The position numbers were made by a program, and so were the translations under genes. A DNA stretch of 64,000 nucleotides, taken from Octopus vulgaris (taxonomy: Eukaryota). The notes beneath the pieces are model-generated. The model was not told the origin of the DNA and made no database searches. It saw nothing but the letters and a program-made list of their open reading frames with translations. The stretch is taken from contig OX597835.1 in assembly GCA_951406725.2 (NCBI GenBank), positions 9,486,001 to 9,550,000 on the forward strand, written 5' to 3'. Position 1 is the first letter of the stretch, and each line of letters starts with the position of its first letter. Positions 14,534 through 28,676 of the stretch are shown here, one piece after another.

Positions 14534-15091
14534 GAAAAGCCAACATTGCTTTAGATATCTGAGCGAGAGATCTACAGACACAGTACCGAAGAATTGTAAT
14601 GTTTAAATGGCAACATAACATGGCAGTCCTATAAAAGACGATGTAACTGTTAGTTTAGCCCCAGGAAAACATCTTTTCCAGCTGGTTATCGATGCATAGA
14701 CTAAAGCAACAGTAACAACGTCTTTCTATATCTACTCCGTTATGTTAGCATATAAACATTACTCTCCGTTACTGTTACTGCATTTCCCTCGCTCAGAGAT
14801 TTAAAACATGTTGTTTTTCTCGATAGGAGGTCAGTGAATGTGTGTCGCTTAAATAATATATAGTATATCGATTGGGGGGATAGCTTTCGTTGCTAGCTGG
14901 TATTTATCTCACACCGAGGACGGATAACCTAGGCCTGTAAGTATCACGTATTGGGAGCGATGACTTCCATTGCAAATGCTATATACGGACACAAACTGTG
15001 TGTCGTTAGCCAGCTGGAAAAGATGTTTTCCTGGGGCTAAAACAACAGTAACAACGTTCTTGATAGGACTGCCACGCTATGTTAGCATATA

Positions 15092-15095
<4 letters not shown>
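14529..15095. repeat. Cluster of diverged inverted repeats of one unclassified element
   Basis: 14529-14659 is an imperfect reverse complement of 14701-14824; 14600-14686 is an imperfect reverse complement of 15010-15095. Confidence 0.75.
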
Positions 15096-15142
<47 letters not shown>

Positions 15143-15287
15143 CTGAAATTGCGAGGATGATCCGGTTCTTGACTGAAGATTGAAGGCTTCGTTGTATATA
15201 TTATTTGGACATTTTTTGTGGCATGTACAATTTTTTGGAATCAGAAGTTTTGATGTCTTTAATAGGTTTTCCTTGTGTTCACACACG

Positions 15288-15319
<32 letters not shown>

Positions 15320-15699
15320 CAGGGCTCGGATTTGTTTCCTCACAACTTTCAGGAAGATGTGCATTTTTTTTAATGAAATTGTCTGCAAATTCCTTTCAGA
15401 ATGTGTGAGTTACGATTTTGTAGGAATTTAAAATGGAAAATAAAATGCTGAGCATGCCCACGTCACAATATGTTTCTAAATGTAAAGTTTTATTTTTTAT
15501 TAGAATCTGCCATGTGTGTTAGTATGTTTGTTTTTGAACGCACCATCAACTTTTACATTTTAGATTCTGATATAATTGTAACCTACACCTTCTTTATAAA
15601 ATTGTCCTTGAAAAAAATATCCATTTTTCTGTAAGCTATGAAGAAAGGAAGTCGAGAGCACACCTGTGTAGGTATACCTATCTATCATGGATTCTCGCA

Positions 15700-15930
15700 T
15701 TCTTAAATGACTCATGAGCGTCGAACAAACACACAAATGATTCGTTTATAGTGATCAAATGTTTGTGCTTACATATTCTCACTCCCTCCATCAAATCGAC
15801 ATTTCGTGTACAGGTACACCATGTGCCACATGTCAGATGACAAAATGATCGCAGAGCAACGTAAAAAGAAGTGCTGTGCTGAAGAACCCAAAGCAACGCC
15901 CAGTTTGAGAATCGAACCCACCATCTCGTA
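15700..15930 (-). mobile_element. Degenerate SINE (same family as 9400-9655)
   Basis: Visible homology; B-box-like gagaatcgaaccc on the plus strand. Confidence 0.65.
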
Positions 15931-15982
15931 TATAAAGGTGGTGCCCTAGCATAACACTCCTTTCTATCAGGAACTGGTTAAA

Positions 15983-16038
<56 letters not shown>

Positions 16039-16130
16039 CCCGGGCCTGTGCGTATCACCTAAGGCTAGAGATTGGAGCGATGATTTGCTTTCGCCAATGT
16101 TATTCAGACACAGACGGTATGTCGTTAGCA

Positions 16131-16367
16131 GGCGGCGAGCTGGCAGAAACGTTAGCACGCCGGATGAAATACTTTGCGGTATTTCGTCTGTCGTTACGTT
16201 GTGAGTTCAAATTCCGCCGAGGTTGACTTTGCCTTTCATCCTTTCGGGGTCGACAAATTAAGTACCAGTTCCGCACTGGGGTCGATGTAATCGACTTAAT
16301 ACCTATGTCTGTCCTTGTTTGTCCCCTCTATGTTTAGCCCCTAATGGGTAATAAAGAAATAGAAATA
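16131..16367 (+). mobile_element. SINE family B, full length
   Basis: 14-bp TSD ggtatgtcgttagc at 16116-16129 and 16368-16381. Confidence 0.92.
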
Positions 16368-16507
16368 GGTATGTCGTTAGCCAGCTGGAAGGGATGTCTT
16401 CCTCGAGTTATAAACAACAATAGCATCGAACCTAATGGGACCACAACATTTAGGTGGCAAATATACCTCACGATATATATGTGTGTGTGTGAGAGTGTTT
16501 ATGTGTA

Positions 16508-16550
<43 letters not shown>

Positions 16551-17062
16551 AATCAGCTTTCTCCAACATATGGTTTCACATGACACGCACTCACGTTTGC
16601 CCGAAGCTCAGCAAATGACGGCCATACATATAAAGTCAGTACAAAATCTTCTGTTGCTTCGCCAACTATAATATCTAACATGTAGAGCACGTAACGTTGT
16701 TTTCCTCTTTGTTCGTTTGTGATTCAACTCGTACACATGTGTATGTATGTACGTACGTGCGTGCCTGCGTGCGTGGACGGATGTATACATGTTTATATGT
16801 GTGTGTGTATTTGTGTGTTTATATAATCCTGTGGTTATGTATGAATATTCTCGCGCATGTGTATTCAACACAGACGCTGTCAAAATACATTGGCATTAAT
16901 GGAGATATCAGCACCGATATATCCACCGGCAAATTGGGAAGTAGTTTTAAATTATATGAAAAGGAAATGCTGTTATCGATATAGTGCATGGCGTTCAAAG
17001 AACATTCTATGCAGCATAAACCACGACCTGACAGCGGTGTCTTATAATGGGTTAAAATTGGT

Positions 17063-17150
17063 AGATTTTGTGTGTACGTGTACGTGTGAGTGTGCGTATG
17101 TGTGTGTGTGTTTGCGTTTGCATTTATGTGTATATATATACACATTTATG

Positions 17151-17217
<67 letters not shown>

Positions 17218-17360
17218 TTACGTATGTGCATGCATACATCTTATTACATATGCACGCATAATTATGCAGGATTTTGTGTGTACGTGTACGTGTACGTGTG
17301 AGTATGTGTATGTGTGTGTGTTTGTGTTTGCATTTATGTGTATATATATACATATTTCTG

Positions 17361-17401
<41 letters not shown>

Positions 17402-17410
17402 TTATATATA

Positions 17411-17467
<57 letters not shown>

Positions 17468-17510
17468 TTATATATATATAATTATATATATATATATATA
17501 TATATATAAA

Positions 17511-17547
<37 letters not shown>

Positions 17548-17657
17548 AGGAGATGTGGAACACGAGTTGTGATATATATATATATATATATATATAAATA
17601 CTTACATATGTGCATGCATACATCTTATTATATATACACGCATAATTATGCAGGATC
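17063..17657. repeat. Tandem duplication of a unit containing a variable (TA)n
   Basis: gattttgtgtgtacgtgtacgtg...(TA)n...ctta..tatgtgcatgcatacatcttatta...cataattatgcaggat occurs twice. Confidence 0.85.
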
Positions 17658-19354
17658 CCACACCCGCTCACACACATCGCTTTGTGCAATCTAACGTTTG
17701 TGGATTTAGAATTTAAAAGTGCAATGTAAATGTTTGATATGAGGATGTAGTCGTTTAGATTAATATCTGTTTATAATTATGCTTTCTTAATACCCCCGAA
17801 GCAATCTTGAAGATTGCTTGGAAGATATTCGAGTATAATTTCTTGTGACACCAGAAAGAAAGGAAAGAAACAAGAAATTGAAAAACAGAAATTGCAAAGG
17901 CTGTCATCTTACCATTTCTATGAAGTCACTTTTCAGGCTTCACGACAACAAGTTGTCTCATTCTTCATCAGACATAAAGCATTTTCCAGTGTTTCCATGA
18001 ATAGATGTTAGCAGCGTCTTTATTGTGGAGGTCAGGACGTTCGCTATAGATTTCACATCTTCATATTGATACACTACATTCCATCACAATAATATGTTAC
18101 TTTTATGATGCATCCAATAAAGACGGAACTGATCTTTAATTGTAAAAGAGATTCTTCTTGGTGCAAAGATAGATTTTTCGTTATTTCCGTTGAGTGAAAT
18201 AATTCTGATCCCCAGACCCTTAGATATACGAATTCACTATCTTGTAAAATGTAAATTTGGTAGCCATTTTGTTAGCCCTTACGTAAATTCCGGTTGGGTT
18301 TTTGAAACCACCGATGTAATTATTCTACTTCGCTCACCAATTCTATTGTCTCATTCGCTTCTCTTGCTTGCTAATCGATTACTTTAGAGAGAAACATTTT
18401 ACACAATTGTTTAGGAAGATTCCTTAAATAACAAGTTCAATAATGACAATGGGGTCATGCTTATGGTATATATACTGATTTGAGCGTATATAGACGAGCG
18501 TATATATTATTCTGTTGTTTTCAAGAAAATGTTGATATATATACTCACATATATATGTCAGTGTGTCCGTCTTTACAATGTAACTGGTAGATCGGGATAA
18601 GCATTAAGCAAATGTCTCAAAATTGAACGACATTTAATTTTATATAAACGGGATTGAGTAGTGAGGTTCATTGCTCTAACCAGGGTTACAAAAGTAAAAC
18701 GGCTGAGTATTTGGCTCACACGCACAGACAAGTTCAAATCTTCCTGCGGGAGAAGAACAATCTTCTGAATACAGAACATAATGACTTTTCTCTTTGGCTA
18801 CAGCCGTCAAAATCACGTGGTGTTATAGAAACTTATGCACCAACGTCTCATGTTACTTTAACTAGCATGTGAATGCATATTTTGATATTTCCAAAACGGA
18901 ATGGCAAAGACAAAAACTGGAATATCTACCAGTTATGATGCAAAAACAGCTTATGGGTATTTATGTGATCGAGAATTGATCAGAAATATTTCTGTTTCGT
19001 TTTGATCTCTTGAGAATGACTAATGGATCTGAATAATGTTTCAGAATAATTTCATGTATGAGTTATCAGTTGCATTTCAAACAAAACGTTGTATTTCATG
19101 AATATCAAATCTTGGGGTAATTAGGAATTGATGAAATACTCCGACCTATTCAACTGCTCCTACGAGAAGTGAACGTTGTATATATTATTTGGGCATTTTT
19201 TGTGGCATGTACAATTTTTTGGAATCAGAGGTTTTGATGTCTTTAATAGGTTTTTCTTGTGTTCACACACGTGTGTATATATATATATACACGCATACAA
19301 TAACGTTCCTACCAAAATCCCTCTCTTCCCATTTCCCTCACTCAGTATGTATAC

Positions 19355-19397
<43 letters not shown>

Positions 19398-19399
<2 letters not shown>

Positions 19400-19717
19400 C
19401 GCGTGGCTTAGTGGTTAGGGCATTCGGCTCACGATTGTAAGGTCGTGAGTTCGATTCCAAGCGACGCGTTGTGTCCTTGAGCAAGACACTTTATTTCCCG
19501 TTGCTCCAGTCCACTCAGCTGGCAAAAATGAGTTGTACCTGTATTTCAAAGAGCCGGCCTTGTCACACTCTGTGTCACGCTGAATCTCCCCGAGAACTAC
19601 GTTAGGAGTACACGTGTCTGTGGAGTGCTCAGCCACTTGCACGTTAATTTCACGAGCAGGCTGTTCCGTTGATCGTATCAGCTGGGACCCTCGTCGTCGT
19701 AACCGACGGTATGCTCC
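19398..19717 (+). mobile_element. SINE head 1 with tail X
   Basis: A-box tggcttagtgg, B-box gagttcgattcc, CORE-like gtgtccttgagcaagacactt; 3' half matches 45921-46108. Confidence 0.88.
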
Positions 19718-20600
19718 TTCCTTGGAATATATTAATATACCTATACACACACCTAAATATATATTAATATACATACAGAATTACATACATACAAGTATTC
19801 ATACATATATACATGCATACATATACACATAAGTACATACATACACACACGTATTAATATACATACATACATGCATATATACATACATATATACATACAT
19901 ATACACATACATATATACATACATACATAAAAACATGCATGATCTACCTCAAGTTCCAAATTGTGAATTTGTCTTTGTTAAATGCATCCCCAAAATGGAG
20001 TTTGTATCTTTGTTGGAAACCGGCTCCCTCCTCTTCAGTGGAAGATTTATAATAATTAAAAAATAGAAGAGACATACGTACATACCTACCTACCTACATA
20101 CATACATATATATAGGTATTCATACATACATACACACACACAAGCATGCACACACGCACATACACTAACAAATGTTGGATTGTATCAAACTATTGTGAAC
20201 AGCAAAATCGCTAAGTGGTTACATCACAACTCTTTGCACCATTCTTCCATTCTGTGGTCCGAAAGATAATTCTCTGAGACTAGATTTAATGTCTATTAAC
20301 GTTTCTTCGGAGCAATTTGTTGTAAATGCAGACTCGATCATCAGTTACCTGACAGGTTGAACAGACGGAATCAATACGCATGTGTTAGTTTTTTCTTCTC
20401 GTAAATTAGCATACACAGATGCTTGCAAAAGTATACACATACACGGACACACAAATGCACACACACTTCTGTATATGTCTCTGCCTGTCTGTAAATGTGT
20501 ATATCCATATATATCAATACACAACGTACTCACACACAAACATACACACACACGCATATATACATATATAACTACTTTGATTTGCCTAATAGTGGTTTTA

Positions 20601-20666
<66 letters not shown>

Positions 20667-20670
20667 TATA

Positions 20671-20729
<59 letters not shown>

Positions 20730-21966
20730 CTGTATGTGTGTATAAATGCATGTATGTGTTTGTGTACGTATATACGTGTATTTGTGTGTGTATGTGTATG
20801 TATATATATTTTATAACATTATCTTTTGCCTCGAATGTGTTTTATCGTAAGAAGCTTTTGCCGATGATGTTAAAGTTGTATTTTTAAATTGACTCAATTT
20901 ATATTTGAAGTCACTTAACGGAAACGCCCCAAAAAAATCAATATATCTGCACTTTAAAGTACAATCAAATACATTTGTTTTCAATCAATTTACGAGGTGT
21001 CTAGATAGAATAATGACCTTCATGGAACTTTTACATCACACTTTTCTAAATGACGATAAAACATTTAATACTACTTTCTGTTATACTTGACTTTGAAGTG
21101 AAATGTTAGACTGTGTGTTAAAACTAAAGAAACAGCATTTAATAAGAAACAAAATGGTGACCTTTTTTATCGTCGGCTCATGAAATAAATAGAGGCTTGT
21201 ATTGAATTTAACATCTTTGTTTGTTATTAAGTCTCCACCATGTGGTACATGTGTCATATAATGTTGGTTACGGATGAAATGGTACGTGAAAGAATATAAC
21301 AGATTTATTCCGTCTGAAATATGCCATGCGAATCGCGTTTACTTCCCAAGAGTCGAATCCTATTATTCTGTGACCAGAAGTTGAACACAAGCATATAAAT
21401 CAATATTTAATTCTATAGGGTTTCGTTGTTCAAACCGGTAATACATAATTTTGTTGCTGATGATTCGAGAGAACGACCCAAATACTGAATGTTGTAGACA
21501 AAGTTAACATCACTATTTACCTTTATTAATGATAAGAATAGCATAGAGAAGCCAAAATATGTCATAATTAAGTTGAAATTCTGCGCAACAACGCCAATGA
21601 ATTTCACATGATGTCCTCCTTTTTGTGGTTTTTTTTGTTGTTTTCAAAGAATGTTATGAGCGAACGATTGACGGAAAACGTATCATTTAATCTAATTATT
21701 ATTTGCATTAATCTGCCGTGTATAAAGTCTTCCTCAAAGGATCTGTATTTTTATGCTTATATCTATTCTTAGTCAAAAATAAACTCATTATAAACGGTGG
21801 CTGAAACCATTGTCTCTCTTGTGGTTCATTTCAGATACATGGCGGTTATATTTAGTATCAGACATTACAATCACCATTTTGACACAGAAGAGAGAAGTAC
21901 AAACGAGCATAAAGGAATATCGATCGTGTCGTGGGCGACTTTATGTTGGAAATGTTAGCAAATGTA

Positions 21967-22316
21967 GGCGCAGGAGTGGCTGTGTGGTAAGTAGCTTGCT
22001 AGCCAACCACATGGTTCCGGGTTCAGTCCCACTGGGCATCTTGGGCAAGTGTCTTCTGCTATAGCCCCGGGCCGACTAATGCCTTGTGAGTGGATTTGGT
22101 AGACGGAAACTGGAAGAAGCATGTCGTATATATGTATATATATGTATGTGTGTGTCTGAGTTTGTCCCCCTATCATTACTTGACAACCGATGCTGGTGTG
22201 TTTACGTCCCCGTCACTTAGCGGTTCGGCAAAAGAGACCGATAGAATAAGTACTGGGCTTTCAAAAGAATAAGTCCCGGGGTCGATTTACTCGACTAAAG
22301 GCGGTGCTCCAGCATA
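21967..22316 (+). mobile_element. SINE family C
   Basis: Homologous to 11041-11440; ends ggcggtgctccagcat. Confidence 0.88.
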
Positions 22317-22899
22317 GCGTTTTTGTCTTAATACATCAAGATAGCTAAGATGGATAAGAAGCCTTGCGGTTGATGTTCGTCCAGAAATCATTAACTTTGA
22401 CATTACAGCTTTTACCTTACATCACATCTCATTATTTCAATACCTTTTACTTTGTTCTTCTCATCTGCTTAATTATCGACCATTATTAGCATCCTTCACT
22501 TCTACAACTAAATTCATCCCTGCAGCCATTGCCAGTAATGATGTTCCAGCGTGTCATATTGCATATTACGGTGCCAACAATTGCTAATCACTTCACCAGT
22601 AATCATAAACAAAATATAGGTTCCACTGGCAGATATTGACGTTTGTGTGACAATAGAGTTGGCAAGTGATTCACGTTTCCATACTACTATTTTATTGATG
22701 ATTTAACAATGATTTCTATGTAAAAATTATGCTTTTAGTGTGAATTTGAGTTTTTCCCCCATGACCAGCAGAGAGATCCGGTAGAGTGAGCAAATATTTA
22801 AAAATACTAAGAATGGTTAAATATCCCAGTCATTTTTATCTACCATCAGGCAGACGTTTATGAGAAACTAAAAGAAATATATAGAATTTACCAATTAAT

Positions 22900-23085
22900 A
22901 GAAGGCCAGCATTTTCCGGGCGGGAGCTGGCATCGATTTTATCGATCCCAGCGCTCAGCCGGTACTTATCTTATCATCTCCAGAAGAATGAAAGGCAAAG
23001 TCGACTTCGATAAAATTAGATCTCAGAACGCAAAGACAGACGAAATGCCACTAAATATTTTACCCGGTGTACGAACGCGCCGCCT
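22900..23085 (-). mobile_element. Degenerate SINE family B
   Basis: atgaaaggcaaagtcgac...tctcagaacg...gacgaaatgcc. Confidence 0.65.
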
Positions 23086-24379
23086 TAGCAGTCACATATA
23101 CTACGAATATATTTTATTAAAAATTAATTTCCTTAACCAACACTCAAGATATCTGAACCCCAACGTTTGTAGTCCGTTCACCTATTTCGTCTTAACATTT
23201 TAACATTTAAATATAGACATGAGATGATAAAAACTATCATTCCAAATGGTTCTAGCTAATAAACGTACAATTGCTGATACATTCATGTTTTATTCCAGTG
23301 CAAATTGTTTGCTATATCGGTTATGAAGCATGCATAAACAAATACCACGGGATATTGATGTTCGCATACTCCTTCCTTGTATCAAGTGAGAAACATACTC
23401 CTTCCCAAGAGTCGAATCCTATTATTCTGTGACCAGAAGTTGAACACAAGCATATAAATCAATATATAATTCTTTTGGGTTTCGTTGTTCAAACCGGTAA
23501 TCTGTTACAGTTTTGTGTTTTGATCTTGCACACAAACCAATACCCGTACCATCCAATCTGGAACCCGTTTTTGTAGGAGTTTGTTTCCTTTCCGTTCGTC
23601 GCCGTCTGATTTTTTCTAGTGAATAGTTTCATGTTATATCTATTTCCTAACTTCGTTAATCAGAGATAAGTGTATGATATTTGACTTGCCTAAAAACCCC
23701 AGGCAGTTATTATATGTCTTCGAGAGAGACTCACAAGATTCATAAAGCAAAAGAGTCATTGTATAACCGAGATCAATTGCATTAAGTAGATACATAATAA
23801 AACTATTTATTGCAGCTAAGCTTAACGTTCACACCAGTTCCGATACATATTGAGAGCTACTTGGCGAAATAAGAATAAATTTCTATGTTCGACTAACAGC
23901 TACAGGAAATGGCGACTATAGTTTTGAAAACACTCTCCTCTATGATTTGCATTGGATAATGAATATCTTCATTCATTCGCTGATTTCGGCTCTACAGAAT
24001 AAAACCTTATCACTGAATCTCGAATTAAATTAAACTATACATTTATATGCTAGAATTTATCTCGCGTAAAGGATTCCGTCTCAATTATATGAAAGAGTGC
24101 TGCACCACAATTACACTGAGTTAGCTAGAAACGGCTGCTTTTTGTGTTCGCAATATTCTGCTGTGTGACTATTCTAGTGTAAACAGATAGACTCAGAGCA
24201 GCAATACAATGGCAGGACCTATTAACGATTGCCATATCGATTATTGCATACACATCTGCTTTCGATACGTGATGCTTTCTTTTCTTTTTTCCGTTTTATG
24301 TATATCCTATTATTTACGAGTCTGGAGAGCCACCTATAGGTTCTCTCTACGAAACAGTAAATGCTGATAACTACTTCAA

Positions 24380-24383
24380 TAAC

Positions 24384-24442
<59 letters not shown>

Positions 24443-24466
24443 TAATAATAATAATAATAATAATAA

Positions 24467-24502
<36 letters not shown>

Positions 24503-24587
24503 GAGGAGGAGGAGGAGGAGGAGGAGGAGGAAGAAGTAGTAGTAGTAGTAGTAGAAGAAGAAATAGTAGTAGAACAAGAAGAAGAAC

Positions 24588-24629
<42 letters not shown>

Positions 24630-24680
24630 AAGAAGAAGAAGAAGAAGAAGAAGAAGAAGAAGAAGAAGAAGAAGAAGAAT
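24380..24680. repeat. Compound in-phase trinucleotide microsatellite (AAT/AGT/AGG/AGA)
   Basis: Direct reading. Confidence 0.95.
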
Positions 24681-25039
24681 TTTTTTGGTGGGGAGGGAAT
24701 GTGTGAGTGAGGGGGGATGGTCAATGGCATCGGTCGCAGTGTTTGACTGGTGCATATTTTACCGAAACCGAGAAGATGGAAGCTAAAGTCGACCTCGACG
24801 GAGTTTGAACTCAGAATGTAAAAATAAACGAAATAACTCTAAACATTTTGCCAAATATCGTCCAGAATGATCATCTCGACTTGACTTGCATAGCTTACTC
24901 TCTCATACAGTCCTGGTGATGTATGTGTGTGTCTGTGTGTGTGTAACCTGACTGTTTCCTTTTCTCAATATGTAAATTATGCATACCACTTCAATATACA
25001 TATATACAGATATACATACATGCACACACACACACACAA

Positions 25040-25100
<61 letters not shown>

Positions 25101-25167
25101 CATATATATATATGTATATATGTATATATATATATGTATATATATGTATATATATATATATATATAT

Positions 25168-25212
<45 letters not shown>

Positions 25213-25217
25213 CAGAC

Positions 25218-25287
<70 letters not shown>

Positions 25288-27495
25288 CTGTATATGTGTG
25301 CGTGTGTGGGTGTGCGTGTGCGTGTGTAGTATGTGTGTTTGCTCACATGTGTGTATGGATGTATGTATGTATATTGTTCCAAAATGAATGACTGTAATAT
25401 TTAGATTGTATTCTGTCTGACATTTTAATATATAAATCCGGAATCATTAGAAAACATAAAACTTAAACGCGTGGCATTTTCCTCTTGTGATGTCTACGGA
25501 GACTTCCGTCTGACTTATGGAATCTAATTCTTATTGGTATAATCACGCACACCAACACACACACACACACACATATTACACCAAAACACACTCATGAGTA
25601 TATATAAGTATAAAGAACCACACACACACATACATGCATATATATATATACACACACACATATATATATATAGTCTATATTAAATATATTCGCAGACACG
25701 CTCTACACCAGATAAACTGCTTTGTTAGCATTTATATATATAAAGAAATATATCGCTAATACGTAATTAGAACTGCTGAGTTGGTATCCTGATAGAAATA
25801 TTATTTCAGCATATAAATGAAACCAAAAAAATATTTTATATTTAGAAAAGAGTATAAAAATCTAATAAGATTATTAAAATGAAATCTGATACGATTTAGG
25901 AAAATGAAACAGTTAAAATAAGAAATGCTAAATTTCTAAATCTCTCATAGAGACATGTACGGTGGTGGGGCGATAGAATGGTTGTATACTGTCAATCTAA
26001 CACGAACGTGACAGTAGGGGGGTACACCACAGTTAAAGATATCACTTAATACTCACTTCACTTTCATTTATTGACTGGCATTCCAACTCCTAGAAATACC
26101 AGCCAAGTTCGCCAGACCCCACGATACTGTTTTAAAAAATAAATACCCCATCTGTCATGTCGATTTAAGGACTTAAAAAGATGTAATGGGAATGGTTATT
26201 TAGAATGACTTCGAACAAGATCTAGTGTCTATGAAGGCTGACCTGGTGTTAAACAACAGCAACTATTACACATATGAGACAACGAGGGCTGCAGAAAGTA
26301 CTAAATCCGCCAGTCATCTAGCATTTGAATTTTAAAATTAAAACAAAGATATATAAGATAAAGTAGTTCTCCGTTTATAGAAATCAAAGTGGTGGTCATG
26401 AGTGGCAGGCATTCAATAACAATCTTGCCTCATCAAATGTGATCTTAAGTTGAACTACAACAAAATTACCAACAACCAGAAAATGTCGTTGGTCCCTAAA
26501 ATATTTTCGATAATCACAAAACATTATATCGCACTTGGCAAACATTTACGTAATAAAGCAATCTTATCCAAATCAAAATCCTACAACTTCTCCCGGATCC
26601 ACTTATCTACAAATACAAGAGTCCTTATTTCTTGATTGCACGAGTCTAAAGAGTCCTTATTTCTTGATTCTACGAGTCTAAAGATATTTTTTTAGTATTC
26701 ATAAAACATTGTTGATATCGTCTACTTAAGTCAAAATAGAAATTGTAAATAGGCGCCATTTCAGTATGTAGGCATGCATAGCAAATTGTTACACACGTGC
26801 ATCATAACATATGTTCTCTCGTACTGGTAGTTTAACATACATACATACATACATACATACATACATACATACATACATACATACATACATACATACATAC
26901 ATACATACACATACACACACACAGATGGTATATTGTCATAAAGTTTAGAATTAAAGTAACTTAGAAAACGGAAGTTGTCAAGAAAGTAAAAGCCGGTACA
27001 TTAGTTCTTATCTTGAACTATTTCCTATTGACATCTATAAACACGGAACACTTGACTGCGCAAATTGTATCTGAGGAAACATGAAAGGGATTAGATGCAC
27101 TTCCAGGTGCAGTCAGTGTATTAAACAAAAGCAGCTACGTAAACTTGACATCGCAATTTTTATCTACTTATTAGACATGATACCATACACTGAAGACATA
27201 CACTGAAGTCTGGTGCACCTGCTCATCGTCATATACTAAATGTATAAATATAAGCAGTTACAGGAATGAGGTGGGGAGCATTCTCACTCATAATATTAAA
27301 TAATCTTGGTCGAAGGTTTCTCTCAAAATTCCTGTAAAATGTATTACGTACCTACGTTAATTGTTCCAGTGACAGAGGAGAAATTGTACAGAACAACTCG
27401 AGTGATTTCCCTCGGAGAGACTAACATAAGTTTAAAATATGAAAGAAGACATCCCTACAGAACAAGTGAGACATCTGCAGATATTCCACTCGCAT

Positions 27496-27615
<120 letters not shown>

Positions 27616-28024
27616 TAGGGTATATACTTGTAGTTACTAGATGAATAAGAGGACATAGCTAATGAAGAAACTGTTTCTACGAGTCAATAAATGATCTGTG
27701 AAAATATTTAAACCAGTTCAGAAATTTAGTCTCTAATAAAAAAATAATCAAACATACAGATGTTTACGTAGAGATAATTAAGTCAAAATTGTCGACAATT
27801 TGCCCATCGTACCTTGTATATATATATATATATAAATATATATATACAAACATACATACGTAAATGAATATATAGGTGTGTACAATTATATTTAATAAGA
27901 CCATGCACACTCAGATATGAAGAAAAATATCACTGCAGATACTGCCTCGGCGGAGAGATTCTGCTCAGAGAGAGGAGCTGCTTAACACAACACTGGCGTC
28001 ATAATAATGAGGTAATCGCGAGTG

Positions 28025-28064
28025 TAGAACTCGTGGTTTTGTGTCGTTACACTTCATCAGTTAC
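28025..28064 (-). ncRNA. Degenerate hammerhead-like motif (G12A)
   Basis: Minus strand gtaa-CTGATGA-a gtgt aacg acac-AAAA-ccacgag-TT-ctac. Confidence 0.4.
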
Positions 28065-28309
28065 GGACAAAACGAACTCTTCATTTTGCACGCATCGTTA
28101 AACTCGTTCAGGTTTTTTTTTTTTTTTTGCAATTAACCTTTACGCTTTGACCCTCAACATCATATCAAATATTGGCTGATATTTAGTAAACAAATCACCG
28201 AAATCAAGAATATAGTCATTCTTTTAGTAATATAATATAAGGTATCCTTCCTTTTCATGTCTCCTCGTCTTCCTTTCAGTTTCTAATCACATCCACTCTT
28301 AATATTTGA

Positions 28310-28676
28310 TTTTTCCAGTTTCAGCTAATGAGCTGTGGCCATGCTGGGGCACCGCCATTTGGTTTGCTAAAACGATTTTACCTCACGGATGCTTTTTAGC
28401 AAACGCCATCTGATGCATGAGAGAGTTCGATGCAGCTGCCCTCATCTGCACCTCCTGCCGTGAAGTTGGTTCATCCGGGACACCTGACAGGAAGAGATCC
28501 AGTCCTACTTTAAAGACATCCGCATCCACACCATGCAGGTCCCTCAGGTTCTTCGGGAGGATATTGAAGAGCTGTGGGCCTCTGAAGCCCAGGCTATCAC
28601 AATATCTTGTCCTACATCTCCTAAATTTGGAGTCCTTGGTACTACGCAGTGGCGTCCGGTTCTGGCATTTGTGTGA
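28310..28676 (-). mobile_element. 3' end of a CR1/L2-group LINE (ORF2 C-terminus plus 3' UTR)
   Basis: SLGFRGPQLFNILPKNLRDLHGVDADVFKVGLDLFLSGVPDEP resembles the CR1-group ORF2 C-terminal motif; followed by a short tail. Confidence 0.8.

Noticed and set aside
19398-19470. tRNA gene-like sequences (also 1110, 21967, 45727)
   Set aside because: No complete cloverleaf; they continue into SINE bodies
26617-26684. Short tandem duplication (32 bp x2; similar ones at 3747, 5158, 47393, 56347) as a CRISPR-like array
   Set aside because: No spacers and no cas genes in a eukaryotic context; ordinary slippage duplications
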